From the NCBI GenBank assembly GCA_963699235.1, contig OY969424.1, forward strand, positions 887,898 through 951,897: a DNA stretch of 64,000 nt. The letters are read 5' to 3'. This DNA comes from an uncultured Chloroflexia bacterium. Its GTDB lineage: Bacteria; Chloroflexota; Limnocylindria; QHBO01. Below are positions 20,229-31,627 of this stretch, piece after piece. Made by a program: the position numbers and the translations under genes. Each line of letters starts with the position of its first letter. Within the stretch, counting starts at the first letter, position 1. Below the pieces are notes generated by a model, which was not told where the DNA came from, did no database searches, and was given only the letters and a program-made list of their open reading frames with translations.

Positions 20229-20975
20229 TTAGAGACCGAGCCCCGGCGCCGGTTCGGCGGCTCGCGCTGCCGGGTCGGACCGATCCGTCCGGAGTCCCGG
20301 CGAGACGGCCCGGCGTTGGGCGAGGGCGAACAGCGCCTCGCTGGTCAGGGCCAGGACCATGACCAGGATCGCGCCGCTGACCATCATCGGGTAGTCCACC
20401 CGGGCGAAGCCGTCCACGATGTAGCGACCCAGACCGCCGGTGGAGATGATGGCGCCCAGGGTCGCGGTGGCGATGACCTGGATCGACGCCGTCCGGACGC
20501 CGGCCAGGATGACGGGCAGGGCCAGCGGCACCTCCACCCGGGCCAGGACCTGTTTCTCCCGCATGCCCATCCCGCGCGCTGCCTCGACCGTGTCCGGGTC
20601 CACGTCGCGGATCCCGGTGTAGGCGTTGACCACGATCGGCGGGATGGCCAGCGCGATGAGGGCGATGATCGCGGCCGGGGTGCCGATGTTCCGCAGGTCG
20701 AGGGCCGCGACCAGCGGCAGGGTGAGGGTGAAGGCGATGCCCAGGATCCCGACCGAGGGGACGGCGCGGCCGACGTTGGTGATGGCCACCACCGCGCCGG
20801 CACCGCGACCGGTGTGCCCGATGGCGAGCCCCAACGGGAGGGCGATGGCCAGGCCCACCAGGAGCGAGAACCCCGACATCAGGATGTGCTCCTCCATCCG
20901 GAGCGGGATGGAGGAGCGGCCGGTCCAGTGGGCCGGGTCGGTGAGCCAGGCGATGACCTCGCCGATGAGCTCCAT
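20229..20975 (-). CDS. Osmoprotectant ABC transporter permease
   Basis: EAARGMGM, VEVPLALPVILAGVR, GGLG. Confidence 0.9.
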   Translation of the reverse strand: MELIGEVIAWLTDPAHWTGRSSIPLRMEEHILMSGFSLLVGLAIALPLGLAIGHTGRGAGAVVAITNVGRAVPSVGILGIAFTLTLPLVAALDLRNIGTPAAIIALIALAIPPIVVNAYTGIRDVDPDTVEAARGMGMREKQVLARVEVPLALPVILAGVRTASIQVIATATLGAIISTGGLGRYIVDGFARVDYPMMVSGAILVMVLALTSEALFALAQRRAVSPGLRTDRSDPAARAAEPAPGLGL

Positions 20976-20978
20976 GGC

Positions 20979-21647
20979 CTAGCTCGTCCCCGCCCGCTGC
21001 CGGGCCCACGGGGTGAGTGCCCGCTCGACGAGCACCAGACCGCGGTCGGCCAGGAAGGCCAGCAGGACCGAGAGCACGACGCCAACCACGATGGCCGTCT
21101 CGAACGCGCGCCGGATGCCCAGGGTGATGATCACGAAGCCCAGCCCGCCCTGGCCGATCAGCGCGGTCACGGCCACCAGCCCGATGGTCGTGACGGTCGC
21201 GACCCGGACCCCGGCCATGATGACCGGGACGGCCAGCGGCAGCTCCACCCGCCACAGGCGCTGGCGGCGGCTGTGGCCCAGCCCGGTGGCCGCCTCGAGG
21301 ACGTCGGGCTCGACTCCGTCGAGGCCCGCCACCCCGTTGCGGATGAGGATCAGCAGGGTGTAGCTGATGAGCGCGATCTCGGCGGTCAGGAGGCTGAGGC
21401 CGAAGTACGGGACGAGGACCGCGAACAGGGCGAGGCTGGGGATGGCGTACAGGATGCCGGTGAAGCCGAGCACCGGACCGATGAGCCGCCGCCGGCGCTG
21501 GATGAAGATCGTGACCGGGAAGGCGATGAGGATCCCGCCGGCCATCGCGATCAGGGTGAGCGCGACGTGCTCCAGCGTCGCCTGGGCGAGCACGTCGGCG
21601 TTGTCCACCACCCAGTCGATGCGGAAGAACGGCTGCTCCTCGGTCAC
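20979..21647 (-). CDS. Osmoprotectant ABC transporter permease
   Basis: YAIPSLAL, EAATGLG, VELPLAVPVIMAGVR. Confidence 0.9.
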   Translation of the reverse strand: MTEEQPFFRIDWVVDNADVLAQATLEHVALTLIAMAGGILIAFPVTIFIQRRRRLIGPVLGFTGILYAIPSLALFAVLVPYFGLSLLTAEIALISYTLLILIRNGVAGLDGVEPDVLEAATGLGHSRRQRLWRVELPLAVPVIMAGVRVATVTTIGLVAVTALIGQGGLGFVIITLGIRRAFETAIVVGVVLSVLLAFLADRGLVLVERALTPWARQRAGTS

Positions 21648-22813
21648 GGCTCGACCTCCGGAGCCGGGCCGATGCCGTCCTGGAGGGTGGCCGAGATGGC
21701 ACCCACGCTGAGGACCCCCAGCAGGGCCTCGTGCTCGTCCACCACCACGCCCACCTGGGCCGACGAGGCGAGCATGGCCGAGAGGGCGTCACGGAGCGTG
21801 GACTCCGGCTGGAGCAGGGTGGAGCCGGGGATGGCCATGGCCTCGTCCACCGTCCCATCGCCGGCCAGGTCCGAGGGGTCGATCCAGCCCAGGGGATGCT
21901 CGCGGGCATCGGTCACGAGGATCCATCCGGCGTCGTCTGCCAGCCGGGATCGCGCCGCCGCCCGGGACTCACCCACGGTCACCGTCATCGGCGTGTCCAG
22001 CGGCAGGTCGCGGACGCGGGCCAGCGACAGCCGTTTCAGGCCGCGGTCGGCTCCCACGAAGTGCTCGACGAAGTCGCTGGCCGGCGCGGCGAGGAGGCGA
22101 TCCGGGGTGTCGTACTGGGCCACGATCCCGCCCACCTGGAGGATCACGATCCGGTCGGCCATCTTGATCGCTTCGTCCACGTCGTGGGTGACGAACACGA
22201 TCGTCTTCCGCAGCCGCGCCTGGAGGCGGAGGAACTCGTTCTGGAGCCGTTCCCGACGGATCGGGTCCACCGCGCCGAACGGCTCGTCCATGAGCAGGAC
22301 GGTGGGATCGGCGGCCATCGCCCGCGCCACGCCCACCCGCTGTCGCTCCCCACCGGACAGGGCAGCCGGATAGCGATCGCGGTACGTGTCCGCGTCGAGG
22401 CCGACCAGCTCGAGCAGCTCCTCGACCCGCTCCCGGGTCCGCGTGCTGGTCCAGCCCAGGAGATTGGGCACCACCGCGACGTTGTCGCCCACCGTCATGT
22501 GCGGGAAGAGGCCGACGTGCTGGATGACGTACCCGATCCGGCGTCGCAGCTCCACGGCCGGCAGGGACGCAACGTCCTCGCCGTCGATCGTGATCCGCCC
22601 CGAGGTCGGCTCCACCAGGCGGTTGACCATCTTCATGGTGGTCGTCTTGCCGCATCCCGACGGTCCGACGAGGACGCAGATCTCGCCCGCCCCGATCTCG
22701 AGGGACAGGTCGGTCACCGCCGGCGGGCCGTCGCCGTAGCGCTTGGTCACGTGCTCGAAGGCCACCACCGAACCGCTCGCGGCCGGCACCGTCCCGGGCG
22801 ACGGATCGGTCAT
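21644..22813 (-). CDS. Osmoprotectant ABC transporter ATP-binding protein with CBS domains
   Basis: GPSGCGKT, LSGGERQR, LMDEPFGAVD, VTHD; C-terminal CBS pair. Confidence 0.9.
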   Translation of the reverse strand: MTDPSPGTVPAASGSVVAFEHVTKRYGDGPPAVTDLSLEIGAGEICVLVGPSGCGKTTTMKMVNRLVEPTSGRITIDGEDVASLPAVELRRRIGYVIQHVGLFPHMTVGDNVAVVPNLLGWTSTRTRERVEELLELVGLDADTYRDRYPAALSGGERQRVGVARAMAADPTVLLMDEPFGAVDPIRRERLQNEFLRLQARLRKTIVFVTHDVDEAIKMADRIVILQVGGIVAQYDTPDRLLAAPASDFVEHFVGADRGLKRLSLARVRDLPLDTPMTVTVGESRAAARSRLADDAGWILVTDAREHPLGWIDPSDLAGDGTVDEAMAIPGSTLLQPESTLRDALSAMLASSAQVGVVVDEHEALLGVLSVGAISATLQDGIGPAPEVEP

Positions 22814-24825
22814 GGATCCGATGATAGGCGGTAGATCGTGACGCTCCCGCCGGAGTAGGCCTCCTCGAAGAGCGGGCTGCCGGCGAAGTCGGTCGGAGTG
22901 GCGCAGTCCGGACCGCCGGTCGGGAAGACGTACGTCGCGCCCAGGTCGGCCATCAGGCCAGCGGCGCGCTCGGGGTCGCCGGCGCAGCGGATCTCCTTGA
23001 TCAGCGCCTCGCGCTCGCCGGGGTCATAGCCCAGGTTCGAGACGTAGGGTCCGAAGGTCGTGAGCCGGAGCCGCCCGGCGGGATCGGTGGGCGAGATGAT
23101 CCAGCTGTCTGTCACGAACACCGAGCCCTCGGGGGTGTTGTCCGCGATCCATCCCGCGGCGGCGAGGTCGTCGGGGCTCATCAGGTAGTTCCGCGAGAAC
23201 GCGTGATGGACGGACGAGAGCATCGGCGAGATGGCGCTCAACGCCAGGACGGCGGCGATGACGGGAACCGGCCAGCGGGCCACGAGCGAGCCGGCTGCGA
23301 CCGCGATCCCGATCCACATCGCCTGGAAGTACTTGTTCATGTCGAACGACACGTAGCTGACCTGGACGACGTTGGGGATGAGGAACAGGAGGCCGATCCA
23401 CACCGCGAGGAAGGCGCGGGACGGGGTCCGCCGCAGGGCCACGGCAACCAGGGCCAGCGCGAATGGGATGCCCAGGTTGGTGAGGTAGAAGAACAGGACC
23501 GCCAGCGGCCCATCGTCGAGGGGAGCGGTTCTCCAGCCGATGACGATCTCGGCCCAGCCCGAGCCGGTCGCCTGGGACACGGCGCCCAGGGCGAAGGGAA
23601 TGGCGAGCAGGTACGGCGCGCCGAAGGTGAGCGCCAACCGAGGGGCGGACCGGTCGACCAGCCGCCGCCCAAGGAGAACCCAAACCAGGACGAGGAGCGG
23701 AACGACGGGGAAGAAGAAGAAATGGAATGGCGCCAGCAGGGCTCCCGCCAGCCCGCCGAGGAGGACGAGCCGGGGCCGATCCACGAATCCGGCAGCCCGC
23801 CGCCTGGCGGTTGGGATCCCGACCACCACCAGGAGGACCGCGCCAACCAGCAGCGGCAGGCCGATGGTCGTGGCGCGATGGACCAGCAGCCCGGTGGTCA
23901 TGACCGAGGGGATGGAGAAGAACGGCCACTCCGAGAGCCACTCGTTGTCGTAGGCGTGCGTCATCAGCAGGTCCCACGCCTCGCCCATCCCATTGCCCAG
24001 GTCGCCGACGAGACGGATCCACCCCAGCCCACCGCCGAAGATGACGAGGAAGACGGCGATCCACGCCGCACGCGCCGACCAGCGGCCGCGGAGCAGGGTC
24101 GTCGCCAGCCCGTGGACCACGAGCGCCAAAGCGCCGGCCAGGATGGCCGACTGCGCGACGAAGACCGGGATGGCGAAGAGCTCCGCCGCTTCGGCCAGGA
24201 TCGCCGCATGGAAATCCGCGAACCAGTGGTAGACGAGCGGCTCGCCCGCGAAGAACGGCACGTCCGGCGGGAAGTTCCCGGCGTTGACGGATTGGGCGAT
24301 CGACAGGTGCACGCCCAGGTCACTCCAGTTCGAGCCGCCGACATAGACCCCGCCCGGCTCTACCTGCCACAGCCCTCGGGCGAGGACCAAGCCCACGAAG
24401 CCGGTTGCGAGAAGGGCGAGGCCGTACGCGCCAGGCCGGCGGCGGAACGCCCGGACCGCGCCTGACACGGCGCCGCGCAGAGCCGTACGCCACTCCCCGG
24501 TGAGCCGCCCTGCGGCGAGGGGGATCGGCAGTCCCAGCAGGGCAGCGGTCACGAACACGATCTCCCGCCCGTAGCCCCCCGTCAGGGTGGAGAGCCACCA
24601 GACGACATGGGCCGACACCGCGACCGACAGCACGATCGCCAGTCCCAACCGCCCGGTGGACGCCAGCCGCGCCCCGCCACGCGTTCCCCACGCCACCAGG
24701 GCCCAGCCAGGAACGACCAGGAACAGCGGCCAGACGGTGACGATCGCGAGAGGCGGCCAGACCCAGGCAGCCACCAGCCCCAGGCCGATGACCGCCGTGG
24801 CGCCGAGGGCCGCGAGCCAGTTCAC
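22810..24825 (-). CDS. Large polytopic membrane protein, GT-C glycosyltransferase-like
   Basis: More than 12 TM helices, NWSDLGVH loop, PFFAGEPLVYHW, WIADNTP..SVF; TATCGT box 6 nt before the GTG. Confidence 0.55.
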   Translation of the reverse strand: MNWLAALGATAVIGLGLVAAWVWPPLAIVTVWPLFLVVPGWALVAWGTRGGARLASTGRLGLAIVLSVAVSAHVVWWLSTLTGGYGREIVFVTAALLGLPIPLAAGRLTGEWRTALRGAVSGAVRAFRRRPGAYGLALLATGFVGLVLARGLWQVEPGGVYVGGSNWSDLGVHLSIAQSVNAGNFPPDVPFFAGEPLVYHWFADFHAAILAEAAELFAIPVFVAQSAILAGALALVVHGLATTLLRGRWSARAAWIAVFLVIFGGGLGWIRLVGDLGNGMGEAWDLLMTHAYDNEWLSEWPFFSIPSVMTTGLLVHRATTIGLPLLVGAVLLVVVGIPTARRRAAGFVDRPRLVLLGGLAGALLAPFHFFFFPVVPLLVLVWVLLGRRLVDRSAPRLALTFGAPYLLAIPFALGAVSQATGSGWAEIVIGWRTAPLDDGPLAVLFFYLTNLGIPFALALVAVALRRTPSRAFLAVWIGLLFLIPNVVQVSYVSFDMNKYFQAMWIGIAVAAGSLVARWPVPVIAAVLALSAISPMLSSVHHAFSRNYLMSPDDLAAAGWIADNTPEGSVFVTDSWIISPTDPAGRLRLTTFGPYVSNLGYDPGEREALIKEIRCAGDPERAAGLMADLGATYVFPTGGPDCATPTDFAGSPLFEEAYSGGSVTIYRLSSDP

Positions 24826-24861
24826 GGGCGGACGATAGCGGGCTGCTAGCATCGGCGATCC

Positions 24862-25422
24862 ATGACCTTCGAGGACGCGGTTCGCACGATCCTGACCGAG
24901 ATCGGCGAGGACCCCGAGCGCCAGGGCCTGCAGGGGACGCCTGACCGCGTTCGCCGCATGTTCGAACAGATCACCGATGGCTACCGGGTCGATCCCGACT
25001 CGATCCTGGAGGGCGCCCAGTTCGACGTGGACTACGACGAGATGGTCGTCGTCCGCGACATCGAGCTGTACTCGCTGTGCGAGCACCACCTCGTCCCGTT
25101 CTTCGGCCATGCGCACGTCGGGTACCTGCCGCGGGGCAGGGTCATCGGCCTGTCGAAGATCCCGCGGGTGGTGGACCTGTTCGCCCATCGGCTCCAGGTC
25201 CAGGAGCGGATGACCTCGGAGATCGCCGAGTTCTTGATGACCCATCTCGAGCCCAAGGGGGTGGGCGTCGTGCTCCAGACCACCCACCTCTGCACCGCCA
25301 TGCGCGGGGTGCGCCGCCCGGGGGCGACGATGGTCACCTCGGCCATGCTGGGCACCTTCCGCCGCGACCCGAAGACCCGCTCCGAGTTCCTGGCCTTCAT
25401 CGGCTCCTCGTTCGAGACCTGA
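24862..25422 (+). CDS. folE: GTP cyclohydrolase I
   Basis: [32 protein letters not shown]. Confidence 0.95.
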   Translation: MTFEDAVRTILTEIGEDPERQGLQGTPDRVRRMFEQITDGYRVDPDSILEGAQFDVDYDEMVVVRDIELYSLCEHHLVPFFGHAHVGYLPRGRVIGLSKIPRVVDLFAHRLQVQERMTSEIAEFLMTHLEPKGVGVVLQTTHLCTAMRGVRRPGATMVTSAMLGTFRRDPKTRSEFLAFIGSSFET

Positions 25423-25481
25423 CCGATGTCGCCCGGGACCCTGTTGGAGCGCGGGACCGCCGGACTAGAATCGCCGCGCTC

Positions 25482-25916
25482 ATGACTGCCGACGCCGCCG
25501 CGACCCCTCCAGCATCCGAGAGACCGATTCGCGTCCTGCTGGCCAAGCCCGGCCTGGACGGTCACGACCGGGGAGCGAAGGTCCTGGCCCGCGGCCTCCG
25601 GGACGAAGGTTTCGAGGTCATCTACACCGGCCTGCGCCAGACGCCGGAGATGGTCGCGGACGCCGCGGAGCAGGAGGACGTGGACGTCGTCGGCCTGTCC
25701 ATCCTGTCCGGGGCGCACATGACTCTCCTGCCGCGGATCGTGGAGCTGGTGCGGGCCAAGGGCATGGACGACGTCCTGGTGGCCGCCGGCGGGATCATTC
25801 CCGACGCGGACGTGTCCAAGCTCAAGGCCGCGGGCGTGGCCGAGGTCTTCGGGCCGGGAACGACCATCGGCCAGGTGGCGACCTTCTTCCGGGAGCATGC
25901 CCGCCGGCGTGCCTGA
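25482..25916 (+). CDS. Cobalamin-binding small subunit of acyl-CoA mutase
   Basis: [33 protein letters not shown]. Confidence 0.92.
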   Translation: MTADAAATPPASERPIRVLLAKPGLDGHDRGAKVLARGLRDEGFEVIYTGLRQTPEMVADAAEQEDVDVVGLSILSGAHMTLLPRIVELVRAKGMDDVLVAAGGIIPDADVSKLKAAGVAEVFGPGTTIGQVATFFREHARRRA

Positions 25917-26829
25917 CCTGGCGGATCGGCTGCGGGAGGCGCAGGGCGGCAACCGGCTCGCGCTGGCGCGGCTGCTCACCGATCTCGAGGACGGGGCCCT
26001 GGACGCGACCGAGCGCGGCGCCCTGTTCGCCGCCGGTCACGACGCGCACCTGGTGGGGATCACCGGTCCCCCGGGGAGCGGCAAGTCCACCCTGGTGGAC
26101 GCCCTCATTCGGCAGTGGCGCGGCCAGGGCCGGCGGGTGGGCGTGATCGCGGTCGATCCCAGCTCCCCGCTGACCGGCGGCGCGATCATGGGCGACCGGA
26201 TCCGGATGATGGACCACTTCGGCGACGAGGGCGTCTTCGTCCGTTCCATGGCCTCGCGCGGCGCGCTGGGTGGGCTGGCGTCCACCACCTGGCTGACCGC
26301 GGCCGCCCTCGACGCCGCGGGCTACGACCCGGTGCTCATCGAGACCGTCGGTGCCGGGCAGTCCGAGGTCGAGATCGCGACGCTGGCCGAGACGACGGTC
26401 GTGGTCGAGGTACCGGAGATGGGGGACGAGGTGCAGGCCATCAAGGCCGGCCTGCTCGAGATCGCGGACGTCATCGTCGTGAACAAGAGCGACCGCCCCG
26501 GCGCCGACCGCGCCGCCCGGCAGCTGAAGGCCATGCTGTCCACCGCCGGCGGCCGCGTGGCCCGGCCCGCTCCTCTTGTGCTGCTCACGGCCGCCACGAC
26601 CGGCGAGGGGGTGGAGGCCCTCCGCGAGGCGGTTGACGCGCACCGCGCACGGCGCACGGCGGAGCAGATCAGGACCCGCGCCGGCGAGCTCCTGCGCCGC
26701 GCCCTGGCCAACCGCGCCCACGAGCAGGCGCTGCGGTCACCCGCGTGGGACGACGCCGTCGCGGCCGTGGCCGAGCGCCGGGAGGACCCCTTTGCCGCCG
26801 CAGACCGGCTGCTAGGCTTCGATCGATGA
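25909..26829 (+). CDS. meaB: Mutase-associated GTPase chaperone MeaB/ArgK
   Basis: [42 protein letters not shown]. Confidence 0.92.
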   Translation: MPDLADRLREAQGGNRLALARLLTDLEDGALDATERGALFAAGHDAHLVGITGPPGSGKSTLVDALIRQWRGQGRRVGVIAVDPSSPLTGGAIMGDRIRMMDHFGDEGVFVRSMASRGALGGLASTTWLTAAALDAAGYDPVLIETVGAGQSEVEIATLAETTVVVEVPEMGDEVQAIKAGLLEIADVIVVNKSDRPGADRAARQLKAMLSTAGGRVARPAPLVLLTAATTGEGVEALREAVDAHRARRTAEQIRTRAGELLRRALANRAHEQALRSPAWDDAVAAVAERREDPFAAADRLLGFDR

Positions 26830-27700
26830 GCCTGGAGCGGGTCTACGTCGTCGGCGCGGGCTTGATGGGTCACGGCATCGCCCAGGTCAGCGCCGCCGCC
26901 GGCAAGCAGGTCACCCTCGCCGATCGGACCGAGGAGCTGGCCGACTGCCGGCCGCAAGCGGATCGCCGGCAACCTCGGCCAGGCAGGTGGACAAGGGCAA
27001 GCTGGGCCAGGCCGACTCCGAGGCCACCCTCGATCGGATCACCATCGCTACCGGCGCGGAAGCCGCCGCCGGCCACGACATCGTCGTTGAGGCCGTGTTC
27101 GAGGACGAGGCTGTCAAGCGCGAGACCTGGACGGCGGTGACCCACGCTGCCGACCCGGGCGCGATCTTCGCCTCGAACACCTCGTCGATCAGCATCACCG
27201 CCCTGGCCACCGCCACCGACCGGCCGGATCGGTTCATCGGTCTCCACTTCTTCAGCCCGGTCCCGGTCATGAAGCTGATCGAGATCATCCGCGGCCTGGA
27301 GACGTCGGACGAGACCGAGCAGGCGTGCCGCGACTTCGCCGCCGCCCTGGGAAAGACGGTCATCACCTCGAAGGACTACCCGGGCTTCCTCGTCAACCGG
27401 ATGCTCGGCCCGTTCATCAACGAGGCGGTGTTCGCCCTGGCCGAAGGCACCGGCACCGCCGAGGAGATCGACACCGGCGCCCGGCTGGGCCTGAACCACC
27501 CCATGGGCCCGCTCGAGCTGGCGGACTTCGTCGGGGTAGACGTCATGCTCAACGTCATGGACGTCCTGTACCGCGGGTTCGGCGACCCGAAGTTCCGTGC
27601 CTCGCCGCTCCTCCGCCAGATGGTGGCCGCCGGCCACCTGGGCCGAAAGACGGGTCGCGGGTTCTATTCGTACGACGAGCAGGGGAATAAGATCGGCTAG
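26826..27700 (+). CDS. 3-hydroxybutyryl/3-hydroxyacyl-CoA dehydrogenase (frameshifts near 26945-26985)
   Basis: GAGLMGHGIA, EAVFE, ASNTSSI, GLHFFSPVP, HPMGPL, LGRKTGRGFY. Confidence 0.9.
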
Positions 27701-27743
27701 CCCACCCATCGGCCCGCCCAGCCCTGGACATGAGGAGTTATCG

Positions 27744-29676
27744 ATGACCACCGCGGCACCCGCCCCCTCCGCGGCCGCCACCGACCGCATCTCGACATCG
27801 CCGGGCTCTCGCCGGATGTGGAACGAGGTCGAGACCCTCCTCATGCCGGAGTCCGAGAAGGCCCGGAACGTGGTGGAGCTGATCCATCGGTCGGTCGAGC
27901 GGATTCCGGACAAGGAAGCGCTCCGCTGGAAGTTGCCCAAGGACCAGGGCGCCGGCTGGGTGAGCCGGAGCTACGCCGAGTTCTGGGACTGGGTCACTCG
28001 GACCTCGCTGGGCCTCAAGGGCCTGGGCCTCAAGGACGGCGACGGGGTCTGCATCATGTCGCGGACCCGGCCCGAGTGGCTGGTGGCGGACATCGGCAGC
28101 TGGGCGCTGGGCGCGGTGTCGTGCCCCATCTATCCCCAGACCGAGGCCGGCCAGGCGGCCTTCATCCTCAACAACGTGGGCGCGGTGGTGCTATTCGTCG
28201 AGAACGCCCAGCTGGCGTCCAAGATCGAGTCCATCCGGGACCAGGTGCCGACCCTGCGCCACGTCATCACCTTCGACAAGGCGGGCAAGTTCCCGGCGGG
28301 CACGATGACCCTCGAGGACCTCGCCAGCCTGGACCTCGACGACGCGCAGCGAAAGACGTGGGAGGCCGGCTGGCGCGCGATCGACCGCGAGCACCTGGCC
28401 ACCGTAATCCACACCTCGGGAACGACGGCCAATCCCAAGGGGGCGATGATTCGCCACGGCAACCTGCTCTACAACTACGAAGCCGCGGTCCAGATCGTGG
28501 ACTTCTACGAGACCGATGTCTTCTTGTCCTGGCTGCCGCTGTCCCACATCTTCGAGCGGCTGACCGGCGAGATCATCCCGCTGGCCCACGGGTCAACCGT
28601 CGTCTACGCGGAGTCCCTCATCGAGCGACTGGCGGACAACATGGTCGAGGTCAGGCCGACGGTCATGGCGGCGGTGCCCCGCTTTTACGAGCGGGTCTAT
28701 GGCCGGGTGCTCGCCTCGGTCGAGGCCTCGCCGCCGCTCCGGCAGCGGATCTTCCACTGGGGGATCGGGGTCGGCCGGAAGCGGTACGAGAACCACGTCG
28801 CCGGCAAGGGCGACGGCATCGGCCTGAAGGTCCAGCACGCGATCGCGGACCGCCTCGTCTACCACAAGGTCAAGGCCCGGACCGGCGGGCAGGTCCGCTA
28901 CTTCGTCTCCGGCTCGGCGCCCCTCTCGCGGGAGGTGGGGGAGTTCTTCTACGCGCTGGGCATCCTCATCCTCGAGGGCTACGGGCTGTCCGAGACGAGC
29001 CCGCTGGTGTCCATCAACCGGCCCAACGGATTTCAAGTTCGGGACGGTCGGGCGACCCGCGCCCGCGACCGAGGTTCGGATCGACCCGGAGACCGGCGAG
29101 ATCCAGGTCCGCGGCCCGCAGATCATGCTCGGCTACCTGAACAACCCCGCCGAGACGGCCAAGGCCATCGATCCCGACGGCTGGTTCCACACCGGTGACA
29201 TCGGGGAGCTGGATCCCGTCGGCCGGATCACGATCACCGACCGGCTGAAGAACATCATCGTCCTGGCCAACGGCAAGAACGTGTCGCCCGGACCGATGGA
29301 GGCCGCGCTCTCAGCGTCGAAGTACATCGCCCAGGCGGTGATCCTGGGCGACCGACACCCCTACACCGGGGCCTTGATCGCGCCCAACTTCGACGAGCTC
29401 AAGCCGTGGGCCGAGGCCAACGGGCTGGGTGGCATGCCCCTTGAGAAGCTCGTCGAGGAGAAGGCCGTCCGCCAGCTCATCGAGGGCGACGTGCGCGACC
29501 TCCTGGACGACTTCGCCGTCTTCGAACGGCCGCGCCGGATCGCGCTCCTGCCCCGCGCATTGACCGAGGAGAACGGGGAGCTCACGCCGACGCTGAAGAC
29601 GAAAGTCCGGGTGGTCCAGGAGAACTGGCCGGCCCAGATCAACCGCCTCTTCGAGGACGACGGCGTCCCGTCCTAG
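27744..29676 (+). CDS. Long-chain fatty acyl-CoA ligase (frameshift near 29030)
   Basis: HTSGTTANPKG, EGYGLSET, GWFHTGDIG, DRLKNIIVLANGKNVSP. Confidence 0.9.
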
Positions 29677-29703
29677 CTCCAGACCGATGCCGCCTGGCGG
29701 CGT

Positions 29704-31407
29704 TCAGTCCACGAAGCGGAACGAATCCAGGATTCGGCGGAAGATTGGTCCGCCGCCACCGGTGGGAGCCCACGCCATGATCAGGGGACGGCCTTCGCGG
29801 AACGCGACTACGTAATAGCGAACGCGGCCGCCGTACTGTCGACCCGGCCACTGCTCGACGACGAGGCGGTTAGCCATCTCCCCACCGAGAGCAATGGTCC
29901 GTGTCGAGACCTTCGTCGAGTTCGGTGCCCAGAACGTCGATTGCTCCGGGGCCACCAGGTCGGTCAGCTCCTCCAGCGATGGGATGCTGACCAACGCGCA
30001 CGGGGATCCTGTCGCAGCGCCGCAATTGAGGATCCTCCCTGCACCATCGCCAATCCGGAGCGTGAGCCGCCCGCCACGCCCAGCCACCGACAGGACGAGG
30101 GGGTCAGTGTCGGAGCGCAGCTCCCACGAGGCCGGAGCGTCAAACTCGATATCGGCCTCCTCCCACGAGATCGTCTGGAAGGTTGGCTGCGACGGCTCAG
30201 GCGGTGTGGCGGACGGCGTCTCCACTGCCCCTTCGTCGATGAACTGGAAGGTATCGAGGAGCATGTCGATGGTCGCGATTCGCGGGGCTGAGGGCTGAAA
30301 CGCGAAGCCGTTCCGGTACCGAATGAGATAGGGCCGTCCCTCGTGCAGCGCGAAGGCGTACTCATGACCCCGGATCCGGAATTGCCTCGCCTCTTCTCCG
30401 CCAAGGGAAACAGGTCGAACTCGGACCGAGGTCGGGCAGGGATTCAGGCACTCCGCGCCCGTATCAAAGACTGGGCCGGCGAAGAACTCCTCTTGCTGGA
30501 ATGGCTCGGCGACATCGTCGAGTGTTTTGATAGTGACGGCCTCACATCGCTCCCACCGTCGCTCTTGCGTTTGGCAGGCTCCTTCGAGGCGGCCGTCGGC
30601 ATCGCCAACCCGCACCGCGAGCTCGATAGCCTGCCCTGGTCCACTGATCCGCACGGCGCTCGCACCTTCCGCGAGGACCGACCATCCCGCCGGCAGGGTC
30701 ATCTGAAAGCCTGCCTCACGGAATGCCCGCACATCCGGGGTGGCGCCTGAGGGGTCGACGAACTGGAACGAGGCGAGGATCTCGTCCCAGAGGTGTGGTG
30801 GGGACCTACGTTCGGCCGAGGTGTGGAACCGGATGAAGTACGGGCGATCCTCGTGGATCGTCAGCACGTACAGTGCGCTCTCGGCGCCCTGAGCAGGGTA
30901 CTCGTAGCCATGGAAGCGGATGAACACCGCTTCTTCTCCGGCCATCGTCGACACACTCCTTTTCGCACCGGGGATGCACCAGCCGCAGCCAGCGGGCGGG
31001 CCTGTCGCGACCGCGTCACGGAATTCGTCGAGGTTCGCGATCCGGGCGTCGCGACATCGCTCCCATGGCCTGTCAGGGGCCTCGCAGGTGATCAGCTGGC
31101 CGTCGGGCTGACCGACCCGGATCGTCAGGCTGGTGCCGAATCCCCTCATCTCGACATTCGAGCCTTGCTCGTTCATGGTCCAGAAGCGCGGAATCCGTAT
31201 CCGGTAGCCAGCCTCGGCGAACACCAGCGTTTCGCCCACGAACTCATCCAGATTGCTCTGGGCCGCCGGGGTGGAGGGCTGCGGTGGGTCCGCGGCGCTC
31301 GCGGCGGAGTCCGCCTGAGGAACTAGGGAGAATCCACCAAGCAGCACCGTCCCGAGCACGACGACGACCGCAAGGTATCCGAGGCGCGGGTCCATTCGAC
31401 CTGTCAT
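29704..31407 (-). CDS. Exported protein with three tandem PsbP/DcrB-like Cys-loop repeats
   Basis: N-terminal hydrophobic signal; three units (G/D)(Y/F/I)xxxxPxxW...C-xn-C...GE-A...GRP...F(Q/R)F(V/I)D. Confidence 0.7.
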   Translation of the reverse strand: MTGRMDPRLGYLAVVVVLGTVLLGGFSLVPQADSAASAADPPQPSTPAAQSNLDEFVGETLVFAEAGYRIRIPRFWTMNEQGSNVEMRGFGTSLTIRVGQPDGQLITCEAPDRPWERCRDARIANLDEFRDAVATGPPAGCGWCIPGAKRSVSTMAGEEAVFIRFHGYEYPAQGAESALYVLTIHEDRPYFIRFHTSAERRSPPHLWDEILASFQFVDPSGATPDVRAFREAGFQMTLPAGWSVLAEGASAVRISGPGQAIELAVRVGDADGRLEGACQTQERRWERCEAVTIKTLDDVAEPFQQEEFFAGPVFDTGAECLNPCPTSVRVRPVSLGGEEARQFRIRGHEYAFALHEGRPYLIRYRNGFAFQPSAPRIATIDMLLDTFQFIDEGAVETPSATPPEPSQPTFQTISWEEADIEFDAPASWELRSDTDPLVLSVAGRGGRLTLRIGDGAGRILNCGAATGSPCALVSIPSLEELTDLVAPEQSTFWAPNSTKVSTRTIALGGEMANRLVVEQWPGRQYGGRVRYYVVAFREGRPLIMAWAPTGGGGPIFRRILDSFRFVD

Positions 31408-31416
31408 GTCGAGATG

Positions 31417-31441
31417 GATGCCGGAAGACGCTCTGCGGTTC
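31417..31441 (-). promoter_or_regulatory. Putative ECF promoter, probably leaderless
   Basis: GAACC-N15-GCATC, 9 nt before the ATG at 31407; same motif and spacing as the promoter of the sigma gene at 34726. Confidence 0.65.
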
Positions 31442-31627
31442 GAAAAGACGCTTCACACAGCCATGCGTGCTTCGCATCAGGTGCCAGAGGTCTTGAGATC
31501 TGTGCCGGAACCGTCCAGGAGGATCTTCAGCCCCCCAGCAGAACGACTGTATCCGGACCATCGTGAACAGACCGATGCGGGCGGCAGGCTGGGTCTCAGT
31601 CCACCGCCCGCTGGAGTACGGAGGCGA

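Noticed and set aside
19728-22373. Very long antisense ORFs (for example 881 aa here and 753 aa at 50402..52663)
   Set aside because: Shadow ORFs expected opposite genes with high GC3; no protein motifs.
24826-25481. Cobalamin or folate-type riboswitch near folE and the mutase genes
   Set aside because: The intergenic gaps are too short and no consensus motifs were recognised.
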